Positions 5,516-11,348 of a DNA stretch of 14,252 nucleotides are shown here, piece after piece. The translations under genes were made by a program, and so were the position numbers. The stretch is from NCBI GenBank assembly GCA_008932965.1, contig WBXG01000042.1, forward strand, positions 1 through 14,252, given 5' to 3'. Every line of letters begins with the position of its first letter. Position 1 is the first letter of the stretch. The stretch comes from Verrucomicrobiota bacterium (GTDB lineage Bacteria > Verrucomicrobiota > Verrucomicrobiia > Chthoniobacterales > UBA6821). Below the pieces are notes generated by a model that searched no databases, was not told the DNA's origin, and worked only from the letters and a program-made list of their open reading frames with translations.

Positions 5516-6946
5516 TTATGCAGCAATCAAACAATTCTGTATTTCCGAAGTTTGTCTGAGCTGGAAGAGTTCTTTATCAAGTGCTGATTGCGCTTGTATA
5601 AGAGCGGCAATTTGAGACTCACGTTGATCGGTTTCTTTTTTGTAATGAGTGATAGAATGGGAATTTTGATTAATAGTTTTTTGTATTTGGTAAATGGATT
5701 CATCAAGGTTTGTTATTTTTTCTTGAAGCTGATTGATCGTGGCATCTTTTTTTTCAGCTAGAACTAAAAGATCGTTAGCTTCCAAAAAAGCTTTTTTCCA
5801 TTTTATGAAGGACTTTTTTAATGACTCAAAAGGTTTCTTATCCTGAGTCACTTCAAGTAGTTTTGTGTATATTTCTAAAGTAAATTGCTGATAAAATCCC
5901 TCTGATTTCAGCTCCTCTAGTGCTTGATGGTAATGACGCCGGGAAGGGTCAATGTACTCGCAGTAGGATGCTAGAGACTTCTGTTCTAAGGTCAGGTCAA
6001 GTGTATGAGCAACTCTTGTCATTTGATGCATGGGGTTTTCGATAAGCTCGTCGTAATCTACGAAAACACGTTGATAACCATTGGAATGTTCCAGGCAACA
6101 TAAGATATAAGAAATCCAAACCCAAAAAGATTTTTCTAGATATTCTTTTTTGGAGGCCGCCACACTCCAGGGATTTCTGAAAGCGATCACAATAGATACT
6201 TCAAGATGACACTTCTGAAATACTTGTTTCCAAAACGGAAGTAAGAGTGTGAAAAGAGGGTCATGAAGGACTAATTCGGATATTGCATCCTCATCTACTA
6301 CGGAAGCTGGGAAGTCAGATGGTTCCTGCGTTAGACTCACATTTTTACTTGGGCCGTAGGGACTCATACAGCCGTCGTCAGACTTCATCACGTACCTTAA
6401 CTCATCAGCCTTTGCGGCCTCCTCATCATGATCAGCATGAAATATCCGGGCTGGAGGCGACTTATGAGCCATCTGTTCTAATAACAGCTGAGTGGCTCTC
6501 GTGAAAAAGCCCTCGTTTTTTAAGAGTGCGATTTCTTTTTTAGTAATGGAGATAATGCACCGGTGACGTTCTTGGAAAAAATGGAGCATTTCCCAATTCA
6601 GTGAATGAAACACAGAATCGTTCCGATTTTTTTTTGGAGGAAAATAATGGAGGGTGATTTGTGCTAAATCTAATTCGGATATTTCATGGCGATCACCTCT
6701 AAACGCTGAGTAGCCTGTTGGATATTGCGTTAAAATCTTATTTGGATCTCGTAAGTATCTGCTTATAGAGTCCTGTAAAAAAACAGGTGACTGGCTAGTC
6801 CCATCGAGCATGGCAGATTCCTCGTCAACATTAGTATCAATGATATGGGATAAAAAGCCCCCCATGGTTTCAAGTCCTCTTGAGAGGAGGTTGATGCCAC
6901 TATGGGGCATTCCAATAATTAAAATGATGCGTGGTTTCTTCTTCAT
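5516..6946 (-). CDS. Sulfotransferase-like paralog 2, enlarged by two in-frame element insertions, with degenerate nucleotide-binding motifs
   Basis: 476-aa ORF. It is collinear with paralogs 1 and 3 once the inserts at 6275-6460 and 6674-6850 are removed. It keeps LLLPFWKQVF, AFRNPWSVAAS, FWVWISY and the coiled-coil tail. It has GMPHSGINL instead of PRSGTS/HRSGSS and lacks the KGxWED block. Its stop (5516-5518) lies 5 nt before the paralog 1 ATG. Confidence 0.8.
   Translation of the reverse strand: MKKKPRIILIIGMPHSGINLLSRGLETMGGFLSHIIDTNVDEESAMLDGTSQSPVFLQDSISRYLRDPNKILTQYPTGYSAFRGDRHEISELDLAQITLHYFPPKKNRNDSVFHSLNWEMLHFFQERHRCIISITKKEIALLKNEGFFTRATQLLLEQMAHKSPPARIFHADHDEEAAKADELRYVMKSDDGCMSPYGPSKNVSLTQEPSDFPASVVDEDAISELVLHDPLFTLLLPFWKQVFQKCHLEVSIVIAFRNPWSVAASKKEYLEKSFWVWISYILCCLEHSNGYQRVFVDYDELIENPMHQMTRVAHTLDLTLEQKSLASYCEYIDPSRRHYHQALEELKSEGFYQQFTLEIYTKLLEVTQDKKPFESLKKSFIKWKKAFLEANDLLVLAEKKDATINQLQEKITNLDESIYQIQKTINQNSHSITHYKKETDQRESQIAALIQAQSALDKELFQLRQTSEIQNCLIAA
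6275..6451 (+). mobile_element. MITE-like element, copy B, in frame within paralog 2
   Basis: Left end CGGATATTGCATCC (6277-6290) matches the reverse complement of the right end (CGGATATTTCATGC) in 12 of 14 positions. Length is 177 nt. CTCATACAGCC (6363-6373) recurs in copy D (10629-10639). The ORF stays open across the copy. Confidence 0.8.
6674..6850 (+). mobile_element. MITE-like element, copy C, in frame within paralog 2
   Basis: Left end TTCGGATATTTCATGGC (6674-6690). An exact 14-mer CTAATTCGGATATT is shared with copy B (6670-6683 and 6271-6284). The interior aligns with copy D (AGCCTG.TG.ATA.TGCGT...CTT(G)ATTTG). The right end is diverged (TTAGTATCAATGATATGGGA). Flanked by TAA at 6671-6673 and 6851-6853. 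Exactly 177 nt = 59 codons. Confidence 0.75.
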
Positions 6947-6952
6947 TTTAGT

Positions 6953-6967
6953 CTTGAGAGTCTCAAG
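6953..6967 (-). promoter_or_regulatory. Small perfect palindrome/hairpin 6 nt upstream of the paralog 2 start codon
   Basis: CTTGAGAGTCTCAAG. On the mRNA strand this reads CUUGAG-ACU-CUCAAG, a 6-bp stem, placed where a ribosome-binding site would be. Confidence 0.3.
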
Positions 6968-6985
6968 GAATAATGAGGCTTGCTA

Positions 6986-7007
6986 CTTGACTCATTGTTG
7001 AGTCAAG
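6986..7007 (-). promoter_or_regulatory. 9-bp perfect stem-loop spanning the paralog 3 stop codon
   Basis: CTTGACTCA-TTGT-TGAGTCAAG. It overlaps the stop codon at 6992-6994. No U-tract follows on the mRNA strand, so it is not a canonical intrinsic terminator. Confidence 0.35.
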
Positions 7008-8050
7008 AGACGGATTTCTTGATTACATTGTTCGTAATGATGTTCTAGAAATGCAATTTGAAGATTTTTTTGATGTAATTTCTTGCAAGAATCAGCAATG
7101 GAATATAACTGATTATTGACCATTTTACCTAAGTTAAAAATGGTTTGTTCTCTCTTGAAAATGATATCCTCGAGTTTACCTATTTTCAGATTATTCTTTT
7201 CAGTCATGACTAAAAGCGCATCAGTTTGAAGAAATTGTTTTTTCCATTGGTGCATCAGTCTTCCTATATCGTGAAAAGAGGTTTGATCTTGAGCAATAGA
7301 AAGGAGTGTTTCATAAATTTCCATTGCAAATTTTTTGTAAAAACAGTCGTTATCCAAAGTTTTTTTTTCTTCTTGATAGTGACATAAGGAGGGATCAATA
7401 AATTCCTCGCAATACTCTTGGAGTGCCTCCGAGTTGATTGTCAGCCTCAAGGCATGAGCAACTCTTTGCATCTGATGTGCCGGATCTTTTAGCAGTTCTT
7501 GATATTCTACTATAATACGATCATAGCCTGAGGAATGCTCCAAGCAACTTAGGAGATAGGAAATCCAGGACCAAAAAGCAACCTCTTGATCCTTTGTTTT
7601 AAGATAAAAATAAGAAGACGTAGCAACATTCCATGGATTTCTTAATGTGATTACAAACGAAAGATCGATATCATTTGCATGAAAAACTTTTTTCCAAAAA
7701 GGAAGCAGAGGAGAAAAATTGGGGTTTTTAATCCCGAATATTTTGTGATCAGAGATTTTTTGAATCAAAAGATCAGAGGCTTTACAAAAAAAATCATGCC
7801 GACACAACCGCTCTCTCTCCTCCTCATTGATAGCTCGTATCCGTTGATCACGATTTCCCAAAAAATCTAATAGGCTAACATTTAATTTGTTAAATTCAAA
7901 ATCTTCCCAATGGCCTTTCTGATTATAAGGATTTGCTCCAATTAATGAATCACCCAATGAAACCCCCATTGATGTGAGTCCTTTTGTGAAGGCACTTGAT
8001 CCACTTCGATGAGTTCCAATAACAATAATAACTCGTTTTTTCTTGTTCAT
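6992..8050 (-). CDS. Sulfotransferase-family protein with C-terminal coiled coil, paralog 3
   Basis: 352-aa ORF with [47 protein letters not shown] and a coiled-coil tail. Its ATG overlaps the fumC stop (ATGA, 8047-8050). Confidence 0.75.
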   Translation of the reverse strand: MNKKKRVIIVIGTHRSGSSAFTKGLTSMGVSLGDSLIGANPYNQKGHWEDFEFNKLNVSLLDFLGNRDQRIRAINEEERERLCRHDFFCKASDLLIQKISDHKIFGIKNPNFSPLLPFWKKVFHANDIDLSFVITLRNPWNVATSSYFYLKTKDQEVAFWSWISYLLSCLEHSSGYDRIIVEYQELLKDPAHQMQRVAHALRLTINSEALQEYCEEFIDPSLCHYQEEKKTLDNDCFYKKFAMEIYETLLSIAQDQTSFHDIGRLMHQWKKQFLQTDALLVMTEKNNLKIGKLEDIIFKREQTIFNLGKMVNNQLYSIADSCKKLHQKNLQIAFLEHHYEQCNQEIRLLTQQ

Positions 8051-9477
8051 GAAGCTCCGGTCATCTTAGAGGGGACAACCCAAGTATCAAATTGCTCGCT
8101 CGTGAGATATCCTAATGCAAGAGCTGCTTCTTTGAGACTCATCTTCTCGGCATGAGCTTTCTTGGCTACCTGAGCGGCTTTATCATAGCCTATGTGGGGA
8201 TTGAGCGCAGTAACAAGCATGAGCGAATGATGCACGTGCTCTGCAATCTTTTGATGATTGGCTTGAATTCCTACAATGCAATGGGTGGTAAAGGAGTAAC
8301 AGGCATCACTTAAGAGGCGTACTGAATGAAGAAAATTATGAATGATGAGTGGCTTGAAAACATTGAGTTCAAAATTTCCAAGTGAAGCCGCAATGCCAAT
8401 TCCAGCATCATTACCCATCACCTGAACAGCAACCATTGTGACTGCTTCGCATTGGGTAGGATTGACTTTTCCAGGCATGATTGAGGAGCCAGGTTCATTT
8501 TCTGGAAGTGTTAACTCTCCTAATCCGCAACGAGGGCCTGAGGCAAGCCATCGAAGGTCATTAGAAATTTTCATGAGTGAAGCAGCCAACGACTTGAGTG
8601 CTCCACTTGCAAAAATATACTCACCATGACTGGCTAAGGCTGCAAATTTATTTTCAGCAGAAGTAAATGGGATGTTGGTATATTCGGAGAGATAACGAGC
8701 AACCTGATCTCCAAATCCAGGAGGAGCATTGAGGCCTGTACCTACAGCTGTTCCTCCAATAGCAAGAGATGATAGGCCATGGAGAGATTCTTCAATTTGC
8801 TTTAGATCATCATCCAACATGGCAACATAACCAGAAAATTCCTGACCTAAGGTCAGTGGTGTTGCATCTTGCAAATGGGTGCGTCCAATTTTCACAATAG
8901 TAGAAAACTCTTTTGTTTTTTCGTAGAGAGCGGCACGAAGTTTCTTGAGTGCTGGTATGAGATATTCATGAATCATCATCACTGCAGCAACATTCATCGC
9001 GGTAGGAAACGTATCATTGGAAGATTGAGATTGATTCACATCGTCATTCGGATGAATCGGTGTTTTAGATCCAAGAACACCTCCTGCTAGTTCAATTGCA
9101 CGATTAGCAATGACCTCATTAGCGTTCATGTTGCTTTGTGTTCCGCTTCCTGTCTGCCAGATTCTCAAAGGGAAATGATCATTGAGTTTTCCTGAAATTA
9201 CCTCCTCGGAAGCTCGTATAATCAATACTGCCTTTTCAGGAGATAATTTTTTTAGGTCGCAATTAGCTTGAGCACATGCCTTCTTCAAAAGACCAAGTGC
9301 TTTAATAAGTTCCGGAGGTTTTAGGTCATTGCCGATATTGAAATGAATTAAGGATCGTGCTGTTTGAGCTCCATAATATCGATCATGAGGAACTGAGACG
9401 CTCCCCATACTATCGGATTCTTCTCGAGTGAATGGAGAAGAAGGAGATTTTTTTTTGTCTTGATGGGGAGATGTCAT
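8047..9477 (-). CDS. fumC: Fumarate hydratase, class II
   Basis: 476-aa [19 protein letters not shown] matches the fumarate-lyase signature GSxxMxxKxN. [21 protein letters not shown] is the typical FumC N-terminus, preceded by a ~20-aa K/S/P-rich extension. Confidence 0.92.
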   Translation of the reverse strand: MTSPHQDKKKSPSSPFTREESDSMGSVSVPHDRYYGAQTARSLIHFNIGNDLKPPELIKALGLLKKACAQANCDLKKLSPEKAVLIIRASEEVISGKLNDHFPLRIWQTGSGTQSNMNANEVIANRAIELAGGVLGSKTPIHPNDDVNQSQSSNDTFPTAMNVAAVMMIHEYLIPALKKLRAALYEKTKEFSTIVKIGRTHLQDATPLTLGQEFSGYVAMLDDDLKQIEESLHGLSSLAIGGTAVGTGLNAPPGFGDQVARYLSEYTNIPFTSAENKFAALASHGEYIFASGALKSLAASLMKISNDLRWLASGPRCGLGELTLPENEPGSSIMPGKVNPTQCEAVTMVAVQVMGNDAGIGIAASLGNFELNVFKPLIIHNFLHSVRLLSDACYSFTTHCIVGIQANHQKIAEHVHHSLMLVTALNPHIGYDKAAQVAKKAHAEKMSLKEAALALGYLTSEQFDTWVVPSKMTGAS

Positions 9478-9502
9478 ATTTTTTGAAGTTCCAGTTTTAG
9501 CT

Positions 9503-9536
9503 GGATTGCGATTACGTTTTCTGTAATCTCAAATCC
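9503..9536. promoter_or_regulatory. Nested imperfect palindrome in the fumC / coiled-coil-gene divergent intergenic region
   Basis: GGATT-GC-GATTAC-GTTTTCT-GTAATC-TCA-AATCC. Arms of 5 and 6 bp pair symmetrically within the 76-bp divergent region. Confidence 0.2.
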
Positions 9537-9553
9537 AATCAACATTTTATTTT

Positions 9554-10302
9554 ATGTCAAAATTTCTTTTCTATATTTCTATTGTTCTTTTCATAGGAGC
9601 TGCATTTTTTGGGTATTTTAACGAACATCGTTTAAAAGAGATCATTCTGAGTCAAGAGACGATCATTCAGGAGCAGCATGATAATGTTTTTGCAGCAGCG
9701 AAAGAGCTCCAGGACATTAAAGAGAGTCTTGCTTCAAAATCTAACGATCAAGATAATAATAAAAAAGAACTTCAAGATGCTCGTGAAGCAGTCGCTAAGG
9801 CATCCAATGAGTTGACACAAACCCAAAAACAATTAGCAGATAAAGAGACGGAGTTGGTTCAGCTGAAAAGTGACCTTGCTGTTAAAACAGAGAGTGTTCA
9901 AGAGCTTGAGTCCACAGTTCAACTACTCTCTCAATCTAAAGAAACATCTCAGTCCAAGAAAAGCTCTACTAAAAGAAAAGCAGTGCATTCAGAGATAAAA
10001 AAGAGACTCCCAAAAATGAAATCTCTTCAAAAGAGGTCGAAACTAATTTTCAGGAAGGAAAGGTTGTTGCCATCAATAACACTTGGAACTTTGTGGTGAT
10101 TAGTATTGGAAGCCAAGATGGAATGGTGGCTGGAACTGAGATTTCTATCAAACATAATGACCAGATCATTGCACACGCTAAAGTCACCTCTGTTGAGGTT
10201 TTAACCTCTGGTGCTGACCTAGTGATGAGCTCCCTTGCTCCAGGTTCAACAGTTCAAATTGGAGATCAGGTATTAGTTTCTGATAAGGAAATTGGGAAAT
10301 AA
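9554..10302 (+). CDS. Membrane-anchored coiled-coil protein, reading frame interrupted (-1 shift needed at 9997-10003)
   Basis: ORF 9554..10099 has an N-terminal TM helix (FLFYISIVLFIGAAFFGYF), a coiled coil and an S/K-rich linker. The second frame is open from 9973 and encodes ...EGKVVAINNTWNFVVISIGSQDGMVAGTEISIKHNDQIIAHAKVTSVEV..., which looks like a native domain beginning upstream of the ORF-track GTG start at 10093. The zero-frame tail after 10003 (RLPKMKSLQKRSKLIFRKERLLPSITLGTLW) looks out of frame. Confidence 0.6.
9997..10003 (+). other. A_AAA_AAG slippery heptamer, in phase with the upstream ORF
   Basis: Zero-frame codons are ATA(9995-97) AAA(9998-10000) AAG(10001-03). A -1 slip continues at GAG (10003-05) in the downstream frame. 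A weak hairpin CTCTT-CAA-AAGAG lies at 10023-10035. Confidence 0.4.
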
Positions 10303-10348
10303 AACAGACTTAGGATGCTTCTCTCTGAGTCCTCTAAAACAATTTCTT

Positions 10349-10531
10349 ATGCAATTGCTACTCTCAATATCGGTATTGTTCCTAGTTTCAATACTCTTTA
10401 CTAGCTGTGAGTCTGTTGGAAATGGTTCCGAAAATACTACTTCCTCTGCAAGTGCTATTCCTTGGAACAAGCCTGCATCCTGGGAGGGAGCCGGTGCTTT
10501 AGGTGGGCTGGGTTTTCAAGGGACCCACTAA
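10349..10531 (+). CDS. Small putative lipoprotein (60 aa)
   Basis: From ATG 10349: MQLLLSISVLFLVSILFTSC. This is a hydrophobic signal peptide followed by a lipobox-like FTS-C. The ORF-track TTG start at 10292 adds a non-signal-like extension. Confidence 0.5.
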   Translation: MQLLLSISVLFLVSILFTSCESVGNGSENTTSSASAIPWNKPASWEGAGALGGLGFQGTH

Positions 10532-10538
10532 AAGGGCT

Positions 10539-10715
10539 TCCAGATATTTCTTGCTGATTTTGCTACGGCATGCGAGAGCCTGATGTATACTGCGTCAGCC
10601 TTGATTTGCTCCTCGGGTAATGTGGTGCCTCATACAGCCCGTCGTAGTTCATCGACCCTCTTGTACTAACACCTTAATTCTGCAGTCGAGAAAAAATTGT
10701 ATGGTTCCTATTTTC
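10539..10715 (+). mobile_element. MITE-like element, copy D (right end decayed), between the lipoprotein gene and ruvC
   Basis: GATATTTCTTGCTGAT (10543-10558) matches the reverse complement of copy B ATCAGCATGAAATATC in 15 of 16 positions. CTCATACAGCCCGTCGT (10629-10645) matches copy B CTCATACAGCCGTCGT. TTGTACTAA (10661-10669) is shared with copy A (4409-4417). The right boundary is only estimated from the 177-nt unit length. Confidence 0.55.
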
Positions 10716-10770
10716 CCAAGAGATAGGTTGCTTCCTACGCTACGCCTTGAATTTGACCTTAGTTCATTTT

Positions 10771-11310
10771 ATGCGCCTCCTTTCCATAGATCCATCATTA
10801 CGCGGAACTGGCTTTGCCATTTTAGAAGAGCAGGGAACCGCCGTTCGCTGTTTGCAATATGGAGTGATTCAAAATCCTCCAAAACGTAATATATCAGATT
10901 CATTATTAACCATTCACGATCGATTGCTAACAGCTATTTCAGAGTACCAACCTGAGGTTGTCGTTTTAGAAAGTATCATCTATGTTCAAAGTCATTCTAC
11001 TGCAATTGTTCTAGGAGCTGCTCGCGGAGTCGTTTTATTACTAGCAGCACAACATGGGATACCAATCTATGAGTATCCCCCAAGACGTGTTAAGCAGGCT
11101 GTTGTTGGATTTGGGGGAGCAGAAAAAAAACAAGTAGCCTTTATGGTACGGGCGTTGCTGGGATTGAGAGAAACCCCTCCAAGTGATGCTGCAGATGCCA
11201 TCGCTATTGGATTAACTCACTTACATACTGGTTCTATACTTGTTTCAAAAAAAAGAGATTCTAAAAAGAGAGGTTCTTGGAAAAACTTTATTGAGCAGCA
11301 AATAAAATGA
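10771..11310 (+). CDS. ruvC: Crossover junction endodeoxyribonuclease RuvC
   Basis: MRLLSIDPSLRGTGFAILE (catalytic Asp), VVLESI (Glu) and SDAADAIAIGLTH (Asp/His). I prefer ATG 10771 over the ORF-track TTG 10747. The short K/R-rich C-terminal tail is atypical. Confidence 0.88.
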   Translation: MRLLSIDPSLRGTGFAILEEQGTAVRCLQYGVIQNPPKRNISDSLLTIHDRLLTAISEYQPEVVVLESIIYVQSHSTAIVLGAARGVVLLLAAQHGIPIYEYPPRRVKQAVVGFGGAEKKQVAFMVRALLGLRETPPSDAADAIAIGLTHLHTGSILVSKKRDSKKRGSWKNFIEQQIK

Positions 11311-11348
11311 CCTGTTAACGAGTAAAGTGTAACAGCGAACAAAAAATC

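Noticed and set aside
5511-5534. ORF-track N-terminal extensions from non-ATG starts: paralog 1 TTG 5534, ruvC TTG 10747, lipoprotein TTG 10292, RRM ATG 1405, ACAD GTG 14003
   Set aside because: Paralog N-termini, the catalytic or signal-peptide position, or conserved domain boundaries favour the internal ATGs (5510, 10771, 10349, 1330). For ACAD they favour continuation beyond the window.
6627-6635. A9/T9 homopolymer tracts inside coding regions (6627-6635 in paralog 2, 7360-7368 in paralog 3, 9448-9456 in fumC) as possible phase-variation switches
   Set aside because: All encode Lys-Lys-Lys in frame in an AT-rich genome, and one is in housekeeping fumC. Nothing here shows length polymorphism. 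This would only be worth revisiting with population or read-level data.
4286-10715. Whether the recurring repeats could be a CRISPR array
   Set aside because: The units are ~177 bp with terminal inverted repeats. They are kilobases apart at irregular spacing, some lie inside genes, and no cas genes are present.
11311-11348. Hairpin CTGTTA-N12-TAACAG between ruvC and the permease gene
   Set aside because: A 6-bp AT-rich stem with a 12-nt loop and no T-tract is not distinguishable from chance in this composition.
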